Positions 46,563 through 57,206 of a DNA stretch of 64,000 nucleotides are shown here, one piece after another. The stretch is from Candidatus Cloacimonadota bacterium (GTDB lineage: Bacteria; Cloacimonadota; Cloacimonadia; Cloacimonadales; WRIO01), in NCBI GenBank assembly GCA_029564175.1, contig JAKQQL010000440.1, positions 1 to 64,000 on the forward strand. The letters run 5' to 3'. A program made the position numbers and the translations under genes. The notes beneath the pieces were generated by a model. The model was not told where the DNA came from and made no database searches. It worked only from the letters and a program-made list of their open reading frames with translations. Positions within the stretch are counted from its first letter, which is position 1; every line of letters begins with the position of its first letter.

Positions 46563-47702
46563 ATGTACGAATATCAAAAGAATAAACGCTACTTTATTCA
46601 GGTAGCAGGTTCATTAGAAAAACACGCGGCTGAAGAACTTCAACAGATCGGTGCACAAGTATTGCAAGAGTTCCCAAGAGGTCTTAGGATCAGTTGTGAT
46701 AAAGAAACACTCTATAAGATAGTTTATACTTCCAGATTGAGTCAACGCGTACTCGCTCCATTAATCTCATTTCAATGCCATAGTGAAAAGTATTTATATA
46801 CTCAGGCTTCGAATATAAACTGGACATCCATGTTTTCTTTAAGTAGTACCTTTAGTATTACATCGAATGTCAGCAGGAGCAAAATTCAACATTCATTGTA
46901 TGCAGGACAAATTTTAAAAGATGCGATATGTGATCAGTTTAGAGATCAATTTGGTGCCAGACCTGATTTTAAGACCAGGGACGCAGACATTAACTTTAAT
47001 CTGCACATATCAGATAACTGGGCAAGTATCTATCTGGATGTGGCCGGAATCAGTTTACATAAAAGAGGTTACAGAAAAACTTCTTATACGGCTCCATTGC
47101 AGGAAACACTGGCGGCAGTGATTATTAAACTGTGTGAATGGGATAAGGAAACCCTTTTGCATGATGTAATGTGTGGTTCTGGTACATTACTGGCAGAAGC
47201 ATTAATGCTCAAATGTAATATCCCTGCAGGATATCTGAGAAAAAGTGACAGTTTGAAATACATGCCTGATTTTGATGAAGCATTATGGGTTCGTATAAAA
47301 AATAAAGCTGATCAGGCTATAATACCTTTACCTGAAGGCTTAATCAAAGGTTCTGATGAAAATCCTGAAGCAATCGAAATTGCCAGAAACAATCTTGAAG
47401 ATTTACCTTACGGTGATAGAATTGAATTGAAAACAGCCCGTTTTCAGGACTTAGAAACTGAAGGTAGTAAGATTGTGATTTGTAATCCCCCATACGGAAT
47501 TCGTATAGGGGATAAAAATAGCATAGTTAAGCTCTATAATGACTTAGGAGATTTTTTAAAAAAGAAATGCCCTGCTTCAGTTGCTTATGTTCTATGTGGT
47601 AGTAATGAATTAGTTTCAGCTTTAAGACTCAGAGCCCATTGGAAAAAATCACTCAAGAATGCTGATCTGGAAGTGAAACTGGCAAAAATAATTATTAAAT
47701 AA
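46563..47702 (+). CDS. THUMP-domain RNA methyltransferase (RlmL/YpsC-like)
   Basis: SLHKRGYR, APLQETLAA, DVMCGSGT, CNPPYG. Confidence 0.9.
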   Translation: MYEYQKNKRYFIQVAGSLEKHAAEELQQIGAQVLQEFPRGLRISCDKETLYKIVYTSRLSQRVLAPLISFQCHSEKYLYTQASNINWTSMFSLSSTFSITSNVSRSKIQHSLYAGQILKDAICDQFRDQFGARPDFKTRDADINFNLHISDNWASIYLDVAGISLHKRGYRKTSYTAPLQETLAAVIIKLCEWDKETLLHDVMCGSGTLLAEALMLKCNIPAGYLRKSDSLKYMPDFDEALWVRIKNKADQAIIPLPEGLIKGSDENPEAIEIARNNLEDLPYGDRIELKTARFQDLETEGSKIVICNPPYGIRIGDKNSIVKLYNDLGDFLKKKCPASVAYVLCGSNELVSALRLRAHWKKSLKNADLEVKLAKIIIK

Positions 47703-47730
47703 AAAAAGGCAAAGCAATTGCTTTGCCTTT
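47701..47730. terminator. Bidirectional terminator between convergent genes
   Basis: AAAGGCAAAGC-AATT-GCTTTGCCTTT palindrome with A/T tails. Confidence 0.85.
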
Positions 47731-47746
47731 AAAATATAGCAGATTA

Positions 47747-48850
47747 TTACATTTTTTTCAAAATTGCAGTATATTTTGTTTCAAGTGCTTTATTTTTTGT
47801 CTTCATTGCTCCAAGTATTAAAAGCTGAACAGGCTCTTTTTTAGTTTGGTTAAGATTGTACCAGATTTCAGCATATTTAATCATTTCATTCCAGCTTTCT
47901 ACTTTTGAGAGATGATAACATAAAGTACTCAGATTTTCCTCAGATTGATCCGCTTCATATAATTTGCTAAGTAATTCAGTTGCTTTTGTATCATTATTAG
48001 TAGATTGAGCGATATAAGCAGCGTTAGCTAAAGCATCAACGTTTTTTGGATCGATAGCTAATGTTTTTTCAAAGTATTCAAGGGCTTTATCTTTCTTTTC
48101 CATATAGAGATAAGATAACCCAGTAAAGAAAGTATATTCTGCATTTGAAGGAGCTAAAATGATTAATTTTTCAAAGTATTCAATTGCTTTTGGATAGTTT
48201 TTTGATTGATAAAAGTCATCTGCAATATTAAGAATGACTTTTTCATCATTTGGATTTTTAGCAAGAATAAGGTTAAAATATTCCAGTTGTTTTGCTTTAT
48301 CTCCTTTTTTATCGTAGATTGCAGCTAACATCTGGTATGTTTTCAGAGAATCAGGTGTTTCTTTTACGAGTTCATTAAAGATTCTTTCTGACTCATCATA
48401 TTTTTCTTCATAAAAGAGTTCATATGCTTCTTTGAACGTACGATTCCACTGATTGGCAATCATTTTATCAGCTTCTTTTCTATACTTTTCAAAATCTTCA
48501 TATTCTTTCCAGTCAGGGATAGCATCCATAGTTGAGATGACTTTTTTGTAATATTCTGTTGATTTTGCATACAACTCATTCGCTTTATCAGGATTTTCAA
48601 AAGCTTCATTGTTGTAAATACCAGCAATATTAAATAAACTGACAACATGATCAGGGTATTCTTCAATCACTTTTAAATAAAAACTTAACGCTTTATCAAT
48701 CTTTTTTTCACGGGCGTACAAAACAGCAGATCTGAAGTTTACTCGAGCCTGGCCTTTTATTTTCTGTTCTTTGCCTTTAGCAAATAGATTACCGGTAAAT
48801 AAAAGAGAAATTAGTAAGCTGATGAGTATGATTGATTTAATCCTTTTCAT
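47747..48850 (-). CDS. Exported tetratricopeptide repeat protein
   Basis: Signal peptide; repeated A.EYFEK.L...P.N helical motifs. Confidence 0.85.
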   Translation of the reverse strand: MKRIKSIILISLLISLLFTGNLFAKGKEQKIKGQARVNFRSAVLYAREKKIDKALSFYLKVIEEYPDHVVSLFNIAGIYNNEAFENPDKANELYAKSTEYYKKVISTMDAIPDWKEYEDFEKYRKEADKMIANQWNRTFKEAYELFYEEKYDESERIFNELVKETPDSLKTYQMLAAIYDKKGDKAKQLEYFNLILAKNPNDEKVILNIADDFYQSKNYPKAIEYFEKLIILAPSNAEYTFFTGLSYLYMEKKDKALEYFEKTLAIDPKNVDALANAAYIAQSTNNDTKATELLSKLYEADQSEENLSTLCYHLSKVESWNEMIKYAEIWYNLNQTKKEPVQLLILGAMKTKNKALETKYTAILKKM

Positions 48851-49006
48851 TTATCCTCCAATTGTTTTTTTTAATATCTTTTTTTTGAGTGGTTTTTTAG
48901 TCAAGTAGTTTATCAATATTGAAAGGAATTATTTATTTTTTTTTTGGGCTAGCAGGTCGTAATGAATCTGGATATGTCAAAATGTAGTTAGTAATGAATC
49001 GTTTTA

Positions 49007-50992
49007 TTACAATAATCCCCATCTTTTTCTTAAAAAATATTCCATACAAATCAATGTAATAAACAGAAGTATAACTTGCCATTTTTTATATAGTTGTAAC
49101 TCAATTTTTTGTTGAACTACTGTATGATTAGAAGGTTTTAAGATAATTTGGTCTAACTCTTTTGATGTCACAAATTTACCTTTACTCATGTGGCTTAACA
49201 TGGCCAGCATACTATTGTTAAAACCAGTCTCATATAGTTCTTTGTTTTTACTATGTATCATGAAAACACCATTTGTCGAGAGATTTTTTGCTTTTTCTAT
49301 AACCTGATAATCATATTTTCCTGGCTTCAAATTTTCAATTTTTATATAATACTGGCTATTATTAAAAACTAAAAAATCTTCAGTTACACTTTTACCCTCT
49401 TTTTTTAAGGATATAGCAGGAGAAATATTGTTTAAAGTATTAAAGCTCTCATCATAAGCATTTAACATAATTGAAACGCATTCTCCGTATAAATAGGTAT
49501 TTTTATCTGTATAAGCATAAAATCTTTCATTGTTTTTTCTGGATATCCAGTCAATCAATCCATTAAAGAAATTATCATAACTATCTGTTCCTGACAAGGA
49601 TTTCCATTTCCATATATCAAAACCACATATGTGAAAAATGTGGGAGTTCAGATAAGAACGATACACAATCCAAGGAGACTTTGATTCATTTTCTATAAAT
49701 GAGAGAATTAATCCTTGATTTTTAACGGTGAGATAAAGATAAGAGACTATTGGAATATTCTGTGTTTCAGAAGAAAGAATTTCAAAAATCTGGTATTGAT
49801 TGGCTGAAGGAGATACCTTAAAATTACCTCTAAATAAATTGCTTATGTTTGACTTCGTAACAGGACTTATCTCTTCTAAACCGTTAATCGGATAACCGAT
49901 AGATAATACACCAAAACTCTGGTCCATTAAAGTAAGCAAGTTGTTTTTAAACTCATTGTTCATAGATAATGAACCGTTGTTTACCATAATAACAGAAGCA
50001 TAATCCTTTAGATCTAAATGATGAGAGATACCATTCTTATAAAATCGCTTGTTTTTTTGAATGATAATATCAGTATTGTATCTTTTATTGGCTTGTAATA
50101 GCTGAGACAGGTAGAGTACATCAAAATTTAAAACATCAGAAATTAAAGCAATTCTTTGTTTTGATTCAACAACCTGGATAGCTCCTGCCATATAATTATT
50201 GTGAATATAGTCATCTTTTACATTTGAAAGCTGAACAGAAAAGGGGATTAAGCCTGTTTGATTAAACTGTATTTCAAAATCAATATCAGAAACCTGATTT
50301 TTTATTAGTTTTACAGATTTTTCCTGAATAACTTTTTTGTCAGTTAGAAACTGAACTTTTATGACAGATTCAGAATCTCCAGCATTAACTTTTGCTTTTA
50401 TAAGGGCTGTTTCTGATCTATAGGCTGTTTTATTGTACTGGATATCTTCAATTTTAATATCATGTATTTCTTCTGATAATCCTGTATTAAAAGTATATAC
50501 AGGGATATCTGATGAAGATAAAGCTTGTAAATTTTCATCATGAATCCAACCATCACTTAAAAAAAAGATGCCTTTTATATTATGAAAGCTATTCTTTTTC
50601 TTTATAAACTCAAAAAAAGGTAGGATATATGAACTCTTTTTTTTGAGTTCATTGTACTCAGAAAGATTATGAATATCGTAATTGATTTCTTTAGCATCAA
50701 GCATATTAATGAGATTATCTTTAATTTCATTATAATACTTTGTCTTCTCTTGGTTATTAAATTTAATTTCCATACTTTCAGAATCATCATTCAGGATAAT
50801 TACTTTATCTTGTATTACCTGCTTTTTTAAAAAGAATAATACAGGATTAAATAAAAAAATACATAGAATGATAATATATGAAGATCTCAAAACGCCTAAG
50901 AGTATTCTTTTATTTCGTGAAATGAAGGGAGTACTTACCCTGTAAAAGATAAGTACTCCTATAATAACTAATATTGAAACTAAATAAATCAT
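49007..50992 (-). CDS. Membrane-anchored vWA-like domain protein
   Basis: Two N-terminal TM helices, DDSESM and FLSDG MIDAS-like motifs, C-terminal TM ending EYFLRKRWGLL. Confidence 0.7.
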   Translation of the reverse strand: MIYLVSILVIIGVLIFYRVSTPFISRNKRILLGVLRSSYIIILCIFLFNPVLFFLKKQVIQDKVIILNDDSESMEIKFNNQEKTKYYNEIKDNLINMLDAKEINYDIHNLSEYNELKKKSSYILPFFEFIKKKNSFHNIKGIFFLSDGWIHDENLQALSSSDIPVYTFNTGLSEEIHDIKIEDIQYNKTAYRSETALIKAKVNAGDSESVIKVQFLTDKKVIQEKSVKLIKNQVSDIDFEIQFNQTGLIPFSVQLSNVKDDYIHNNYMAGAIQVVESKQRIALISDVLNFDVLYLSQLLQANKRYNTDIIIQKNKRFYKNGISHHLDLKDYASVIMVNNGSLSMNNEFKNNLLTLMDQSFGVLSIGYPINGLEEISPVTKSNISNLFRGNFKVSPSANQYQIFEILSSETQNIPIVSYLYLTVKNQGLILSFIENESKSPWIVYRSYLNSHIFHICGFDIWKWKSLSGTDSYDNFFNGLIDWISRKNNERFYAYTDKNTYLYGECVSIMLNAYDESFNTLNNISPAISLKKEGKSVTEDFLVFNNSQYYIKIENLKPGKYDYQVIEKAKNLSTNGVFMIHSKNKELYETGFNNSMLAMLSHMSKGKFVTSKELDQIILKPSNHTVVQQKIELQLYKKWQVILLFITLICMEYFLRKRWGLL

Positions 50993-52248
50993 TAGAATCT
51001 AAACTTCATTTGTAATGACAAAGATGTCCCTTTTGATGACTGACCAGCAAATGCATCATAGAACTGGAACCCAAGTCCTGTTTCCCAGTATTTCCATCTT
51101 AATCCAAGCCCGTATGATGTAACAGAAGGATGTGAATCATTTCCAAACTGATGACCGAATTGAACAGGCATAAATCCTAATATGTCATATTCAAGTGCAA
51201 ATGCAGTATCCATTTCATCAGAACCAAATGCAGATTCTTTTGAATATTTTGAGATATCTAAGGATGCTGATAAATCCTTATACTGATATAAGAATCCCAT
51301 CGCAAATTTCATGGGTAAATCAGTTGAAAAACTGTCAATAGAATATGTGGTATCCTGCTGAGTATAAAAATCATCATCGAGGTTGACTACATAAACATTG
51401 TCTGCGGTAATTTTAAACTCTTTAGCTTCACAACTTATACTGTTACTGAACATTCCAAGCAGGTTATCAAAAGTCATACCCATCGATAGTGACTGGTTTT
51501 TGCTTGTAAACACTTCTGATGAAAATCCAAGCATCCCTTTAAATCCATAACCTCCACCATAATTGATAGTCATATCCTGATTGAGGTTTAAACCTTCGTC
51601 ACTTGCTTTGAATAAGCCATTAAATTTATCCATCTTTCCGCTTGCCCCTGATAGTAAACTAACTGAAAAGCCATAATTGATATCAGGAATGTTTGTTAAA
51701 TATTTCGGTACCAGTTTATTGAGTTTATAGCCACCAAAAGCAACTGTAATGTCTTGCATTGCAAGAAAATTCATATCATTGTTCTTTTTTGAAAAAACAT
51801 AATCCTGATCATATTCATTACCGTTTAAAATAAGATTGAGATAGTTTTCATCAATTTTGGCATAAGATGTGAAATATGAACCTAATGCTAATCCAAAGCC
51901 TTTTGTAGCGTATCCAAAAAGAATTGTATTAAATTCCATGTTGACATTTAAATTACCATCCATTTCATTAAGAAATTTGTCTTTTAAATCTTGACTCAGC
52001 GTATCCACCATCAGTTCATTATATAAATCTATTGATAAAGCATTATTGTAAATTCTGTATGATAAGGGTAAAATCTGCATTTCTGCTCTGGTTTCCAGAT
52101 TTGGTAAATTCGCCGGATTCCAGTATATTGCATCCACCCCTTTTGCTCTTTGCATATAACTTCCAGAATAGGGGATTGATGAAGGGGTATTGATTGCATA
52201 GAGGCTGGCAATACATGTTATGATGAGTATAATGATTATTTTCTTCAT
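50992..52248 (-). CDS. Putative outer-membrane beta-barrel protein (DUF5723/FadL-like)
   Basis: Signal peptide, AIYWNPANL, alternating strands, C-terminal QMKFRF. Confidence 0.65.
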   Translation of the reverse strand: MKKIIIILIITCIASLYAINTPSSIPYSGSYMQRAKGVDAIYWNPANLPNLETRAEMQILPLSYRIYNNALSIDLYNELMVDTLSQDLKDKFLNEMDGNLNVNMEFNTILFGYATKGFGLALGSYFTSYAKIDENYLNLILNGNEYDQDYVFSKKNNDMNFLAMQDITVAFGGYKLNKLVPKYLTNIPDINYGFSVSLLSGASGKMDKFNGLFKASDEGLNLNQDMTINYGGGYGFKGMLGFSSEVFTSKNQSLSMGMTFDNLLGMFSNSISCEAKEFKITADNVYVVNLDDDFYTQQDTTYSIDSFSTDLPMKFAMGFLYQYKDLSASLDISKYSKESAFGSDEMDTAFALEYDILGFMPVQFGHQFGNDSHPSVTSYGLGLRWKYWETGLGFQFYDAFAGQSSKGTSLSLQMKFRF

Positions 52249-52256
52249 GATTCCTC

Positions 52257-53819
52257 CTATTCCTGGTCACCGTTGATTGTCATGACAATATCAAGACTTG
52301 ATATGACTTTGATTTTTTCATAAGAATGCATTATTGTATTTGTATCATTAAATGTAAATTGGATACCAAAATAGATGGTTTCATGCTCTGTAAAGATTGA
52401 TAAATCTTCTTCTGAAATGCTAAACTCAAGAACACCAGGACTTGGAGATGTGACTGAACCAGGAGTAATGCTATTGTTTAAGAAAACAACTCGTTTTAGA
52501 GAGGGTGTGTTTATTTCTGTATTTTGATATACAACATTTTTATCATTTACGTTACAGAGATACATATTGACGGAAGCGCCTGCACTGAATTCATTCCAAA
52601 CTTTAACAGTAAAGCTAACATTTTTTGCATTCTTTTCAATCTGATCTCGGTTTGATTCGCTGATATTCATTTCTATCAGTTCTTTTGGTCTGATGGGTTC
52701 GTTAGGTGTAAATTCGAAATCAAAAGGAACAGTTGCTCTATAATTACCAGAGTATCCCTGACCTTCACGTGCGAAACCTATTAAGTTAAGCGGATTATCA
52801 AGAGTAAATGTCGCATTAACCAACTCAAAACGATCAGGCATAATACTCATAATATGTTCAACAGATTCAGTAAATACAAGCGTAGTAAGCGTAGAGTCTC
52901 CAATTGTATAAGCTCTTTCAATTGTTCTTTGGGCTAAAGGATAAGTTCTGCTTTCACCTGTTCGGGAATTGTAAGAAACAAGGGTTCCATTAAAGAAAGC
53001 GGTATAGCCTAATTTATTCCAGATATTAAATTTAACAACTGGTGAGTTGATATGCATTGCATTTTCAATATTATCTGGATATTCTACAGAAATATTTGAT
53101 GAAAAGTCATCAGCATCAATCTCAAGACTATGAATCAAACCTCTTATTTGAGAAAAATAAATGGGGTTCTCATAATTTACCTTAACTTTTGTTAAAATAG
53201 TGCCAGCTGGGACTGATACTCCAGGATTGAGTTCGTGAGTTATTGTAAAATGGATATCAGTTAACATCTGATTTGGGTCTTCCTGATAGAATCTAAAATT
53301 AGCTAAATCAATATCATTAATGCTTGACAGCTCGTTAGATGTAAATGTTTTTGTATAAGGAGTGTCATCAGGAGAGTGTAACTCTTCAAAAGCGATCGTT
53401 ACGGATTGAAGTTTTGAATAATCTGTGTCAGTAAACTCAAATCTTAACTGACCACTTCTGACAGTTGAACTTACAATTTCTACATCATCCTGCATTTCAG
53501 GATTATGAATTGAAATTGAGTCTAATTGGATTGATGATACAATTGGGATAAATCCTGAACCGTCTGGATTTGCAGAAATCTTTAAGCGACCTTCTTCAAT
53601 TTCAGCGCCTTCAATTAGACCTTCTGTATAGAAGAACATGGTCGAATCTGCATCCATACCAAAATTTAAGCTATCAATCAGGTCTCCTGCATAGTAGTCT
53701 TTGTTCATAAGAGGTACCTTAAAATTGACATCCCATTGAGGTGTCTTTGGTTCATTAATATCGCAGGCAGCTAAAAACAGCATGAGAGCGATGAGTGTTA
53801 AAAACATTACTTTTTTCAT
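52257..53819 (-). CDS. Putative lipoprotein
   Basis: Lipobox LAAC followed by PKTPQWDVNFKVPL; acidic beta-rich 520 aa. Confidence 0.75.
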   Translation of the reverse strand: MKKVMFLTLIALMLFLAACDINEPKTPQWDVNFKVPLMNKDYYAGDLIDSLNFGMDADSTMFFYTEGLIEGAEIEEGRLKISANPDGSGFIPIVSSIQLDSISIHNPEMQDDVEIVSSTVRSGQLRFEFTDTDYSKLQSVTIAFEELHSPDDTPYTKTFTSNELSSINDIDLANFRFYQEDPNQMLTDIHFTITHELNPGVSVPAGTILTKVKVNYENPIYFSQIRGLIHSLEIDADDFSSNISVEYPDNIENAMHINSPVVKFNIWNKLGYTAFFNGTLVSYNSRTGESRTYPLAQRTIERAYTIGDSTLTTLVFTESVEHIMSIMPDRFELVNATFTLDNPLNLIGFAREGQGYSGNYRATVPFDFEFTPNEPIRPKELIEMNISESNRDQIEKNAKNVSFTVKVWNEFSAGASVNMYLCNVNDKNVVYQNTEINTPSLKRVVFLNNSITPGSVTSPSPGVLEFSISEEDLSIFTEHETIYFGIQFTFNDTNTIMHSYEKIKVISSLDIVMTINGDQE

Positions 53820-54808
53820 ATCTCCTCCATATTTATCTCTTGAATATAATAAGACTCTTTTTTTAGTGTTTTGTCAACAATTATTTTTTCGGGTAGCTTT
53901 AGGCTTAATTTATTTTTACAAAAATCAAGAACATATTTCTGATTTCCAAGTAACAAAGAAGCATCAAAAGGGGATATGTAAAGAATTTTTGCCTGTTTGA
54001 CATGAGAAAGGCATTTTTCTAATAATAAAATGCCTTTGATAAGCTCTCCAAAATTTTGATGCCACGGACCACTGATTACTTCTTTTTTAGTGATGTTTAA
54101 ATCTGAATGGAGCCCAATTTTAATAATTTTTGTTGGACTTACTTCCGTTTTTTTTACTACTGCACTAACAGCTAGTAGTGCTTCGTCTAGATTCCATGGA
54201 TCGAACAATCCTTCATGATACATTCGCTCGAGCTCAGTTCCTTTCAAGACGATTGTTGGATATAAACGCAGATAATCGGGTTTGAGACTTAAAGCAATCT
54301 CTGCAGATTTTAAGAAGGTCTCAATACGATCTCCAGGTAATCCTGGCATTAATTGAATACATAATTTAAAATGATTTTCTTTAATCAGTTTGCATGCTTC
54401 AGTTGCCTGATTTACGGTATATCCTCTGTAACTTTGTTTAAGTACATTCTCCTGAAAACTTTGAATGCCTAGTTCAATTGTCCTGACATGATTTTCTTTT
54501 AAAAAAGAAAGAATGTTTTTGTTGATAAAATCAGGTCTGGTTGAAATTCTAAAACTTGTTTTATCATCCAATAACTTTAGTGTTTGACTAAATAATTGCT
54601 TTTGTACTTCGGGTTTTAATGCCGTGAATGTTCCTCCAAAAAAAGCAATTTCTTTATCAATACCTGCATTTTTATGAATAAATTGTTTAATTTTTTCTGT
54701 ATCTATTGTAAAACTATCTGATGCATGGTGAGTAATCGTTTCCTGCTGACAATAGATACAGCGAAAAGGGCATCCCTGAAAGGGTATAAAAACGGGGTAA
54801 ATTAACAT
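53816..54808 (-). CDS. Radical SAM protein (Elp3/YhcC-like, rnc-associated)
   Basis: PFQGCPFRCIYC, AFFGGTFT, ISTRPD, IELGIQS, QLMPGLPG, RLYPT. Confidence 0.9.
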   Translation of the reverse strand: MLIYPVFIPFQGCPFRCIYCQQETITHHASDSFTIDTEKIKQFIHKNAGIDKEIAFFGGTFTALKPEVQKQLFSQTLKLLDDKTSFRISTRPDFINKNILSFLKENHVRTIELGIQSFQENVLKQSYRGYTVNQATEACKLIKENHFKLCIQLMPGLPGDRIETFLKSAEIALSLKPDYLRLYPTIVLKGTELERMYHEGLFDPWNLDEALLAVSAVVKKTEVSPTKIIKIGLHSDLNITKKEVISGPWHQNFGELIKGILLLEKCLSHVKQAKILYISPFDASLLLGNQKYVLDFCKNKLSLKLPEKIIVDKTLKKESYYIQEINMEEI

Positions 54809-55575
54809 AAATTTAAACGTTTACATGCTGAAAAAGCCGCTTTTTGCTGAGCTTCCTTTTTGTTTGGACCCTCTCCCTGACCATATTTTTTAGAGTTGAT
54901 ATAGACTTCCATAATAAATGTTTTTTGATGATCAGGCCCTGATTCCTGTTGAAGAACATACTGAGGAGTACACTGATATTTACCTTGAGTATATTCTTGA
55001 AGAATGCTTTTATAATTTATCATATCAACTGAAAATAGGTCTTTCTCAAACCCAACAATGATGAATTTGTGGATGAACTGACGAGCTTTGTTTAATCCGC
55101 CATCCAGATATAAAGCACAGATAAGCGCTTCCATTGTGTCAGCAATGATAGATTTACGCTCTTCACCACCATTTTTTCTTTCTTCATCACTCATCTGGAT
55201 AAACTCACCGAGTTTGATATTAAGGGCTTTTATCGCCAGGAATTTCTCGGATACGATGTTAGATTTATATTTAGAGAGGTCTCCTTCAGCCTTTTCAGGA
55301 AAATGAGCAAACAAATACTCTGCTACGATTAATCCTAAGACAGAATCACCCAGAAATTCCATACGTTCATAAGGAGATGTTGTACAAGGTTCATTTTCGT
55401 TTCTTCTAAAAATAGAATCATGGGTCAGAGCTGCAATTAATAAACTTTTATTCTTAAATCTATAAGAAATTAAATCTTCAAACTGGTTCAGTTTTTCAAT
55501 ACGTTCAGGACTTTGGTTTTCATTATGGAAATTATTGGTCAGATAACTAATAACTTTTTTAAGAAAAGACAGCAA
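54802..55575 (-). CDS. rnc: Ribonuclease III
   Basis: ERMEFLGDSVL, ADTMEALICALYLD, C-terminal dsRBD (YKSILQE...KKEAQQ.AA); TTG start with GGAGG. Confidence 0.96.
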   Translation of the reverse strand: MLSFLKKVISYLTNNFHNENQSPERIEKLNQFEDLISYRFKNKSLLIAALTHDSIFRRNENEPCTTSPYERMEFLGDSVLGLIVAEYLFAHFPEKAEGDLSKYKSNIVSEKFLAIKALNIKLGEFIQMSDEERKNGGEERKSIIADTMEALICALYLDGGLNKARQFIHKFIIVGFEKDLFSVDMINYKSILQEYTQGKYQCTPQYVLQQESGPDHQKTFIMEVYINSKKYGQGEGPNKKEAQQKAAFSACKRLNLC

Positions 55576-55600
55576 AGAGCCTCCTTTTAAAAAGATTACT

Positions 55601-55634
55601 AAAAAAAGAAAGACGGGCAGTAAAACTGCCCATC
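55601..55634 (-). terminator. Rho-independent terminator after fabF
   Basis: Minus strand GATGGGCAGT-TTT-ACTGCCCGTC followed by TTTCTTTTTTT. Confidence 0.8.
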
Positions 55635-55640
55635 AGGAAA

Positions 55641-56879
55641 TTAGATTTTTTTAAATATCATTACTCCGTTATGACCGCCAAAACCAAGAGAGTTACTTAA
55701 AGCATATTCGATACTAATTTCTCTGTTGCCTTTGGTTACATAATCAAGATCACAATCAGGATCTGGAGTTTCATAATTTAGAGTTTGATGAACAATCTTA
55801 TTTTCAATTGATTTAACACACACAATTGCTTCTAAGGCAGCAGCTGCCCCTAAAGTATGTCCAAACATTGATTTTGAAGAGTTAACGGCTACTTTTAAAG
55901 CATGATCTCCAAAGATTGTTTTAATAGCAATTGTTTCATTTTTATCATTAAGAGGTGTAGAAGTGCCATGAGCATTGATATATTGAATGTCTGAAGGCGT
56001 TATTCCTGCATCTTTAATAGCCATTTTCATAGCTCGAGCGCCACCTTCTCCATTTTCAGCCGGTGCTGTAATATGATAAGCATCGTCAGTTGCTCCATAA
56101 CCTACCACTTCAGCGTAGATTTTTGCGCCTCTTTTTTGAGCATGTTCCAGCTCTTCAAGGACTAACATGCCTGCACCTTCAGCCATTACAAATCCATCTC
56201 TGCCTGCATCAAAAGGTCTGCTGGCAGTTTTAGGATCATCATTTCTGGTACTAAGTGCTTTCATAGAACAGAATCCTGCAATAGAAAGAGGTGTTACTGC
56301 AGCTTCAGTTCCTCCTGTTATCATGACATCAACATCACCATATTGTAATGCACGTAATGCTGTACCAATGGCATGATTTGCAGAAGCACATGCTGACACA
56401 CAGTTAAAATTAATGCCTTTAAAATTATATTCAATTGCAATATAAGCTGCTGCAATGTTTGAAATCATTTTAGGGATAAAGAAAGGACTGATTCTTCTTG
56501 GCCCGCTTTCAACCAGCTTACGGGCTTCTTCTTCAAAAGAAAGCATTCCGCCGATGCCTGCACCAGTAATTACACCAACTCTTTCCGGATCATAATTTTC
56601 AGGCGTGAGATTAGCATCTTTTACTGCTTCGCGTGCGGCAATAATTGCATATTGTGTATAAGGGTCCAGTTTGCCGATACTTTTTTTATCAAAATAATTT
56701 AAAGGATCGTAATTTTTAATTTCACCTGCAATTTGGGCAGCATAGACAGATGCATCAAATCGGGTGATTCTGTCAATACCGCTAACACCTTTTAAAAGAT
56801 TATTCCAGGTTTCCTGTACATTTGAACCGATCGGGCTGATTGCACCCATACCTGTTATGACTATACGGCGTTTATTCAT
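55641..56879 (-). CDS. fabF: 3-oxoacyl-ACP synthase II
   Basis: SACASA, SRPFDAGRDGFV, YINAHGTSTPLND, KSMFGHTLG, SNSLGFGGHN. Confidence 0.97.
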   Translation of the reverse strand: MNKRRIVITGMGAISPIGSNVQETWNNLLKGVSGIDRITRFDASVYAAQIAGEIKNYDPLNYFDKKSIGKLDPYTQYAIIAAREAVKDANLTPENYDPERVGVITGAGIGGMLSFEEEARKLVESGPRRISPFFIPKMISNIAAAYIAIEYNFKGINFNCVSACASANHAIGTALRALQYGDVDVMITGGTEAAVTPLSIAGFCSMKALSTRNDDPKTASRPFDAGRDGFVMAEGAGMLVLEELEHAQKRGAKIYAEVVGYGATDDAYHITAPAENGEGGARAMKMAIKDAGITPSDIQYINAHGTSTPLNDKNETIAIKTIFGDHALKVAVNSSKSMFGHTLGAAAALEAIVCVKSIENKIVHQTLNYETPDPDCDLDYVTKGNREISIEYALSNSLGFGGHNGVMIFKKI

Positions 56880-56899
56880 TTGTTACCTCACGTTTTCTT

Positions 56900-56936
56900 A
56901 AAAAATGCTATTACTCAGTTGGCTGAGTAATAGCAT
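56900..56936 (-). terminator. Hairpin/terminator between acpP and fabF
   Basis: Perfect 14-bp stem ATGCTATTACTCAG-TTGG-CTGAGTAATAGCAT with U-tract on the minus strand. Confidence 0.8.
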
Positions 56937-56944
56937 AGACAAAA

Positions 56945-57178
56945 TTAGTTTACATGTTCACTGATATAAGTGATAGCATCCTGTACAGATTTGATTTTTT
57001 CAGAATCTGTATCTGGAATTTCAATGCCAAATTCTTCTTCGAATTTCATGATTAATTCTACTGAGTCTAAAGAGTCAGCACCTAAATCTTCGATGAAACG
57101 AGCATTTGGCTGAATTTCTGATTCGTCAACACCTAATTTGTCAACGATGATTTCTTTTACTTTTGCTGCGATATCCAT
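56945..57178 (-). CDS. acpP: Acyl carrier protein
   Basis: [15 protein letters not shown] 57178 behind GGAGG. Confidence 0.97.
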   Translation of the reverse strand: MDIAAKVKEIIVDKLGVDESEIQPNARFIEDLGADSLDSVELIMKFEEEFGIEIPDTDSEKIKSVQDAITYISEHVN

Positions 57179-57206
57179 TCTTTCCTCCATTTTTAGAGTC
57201 TGTATT

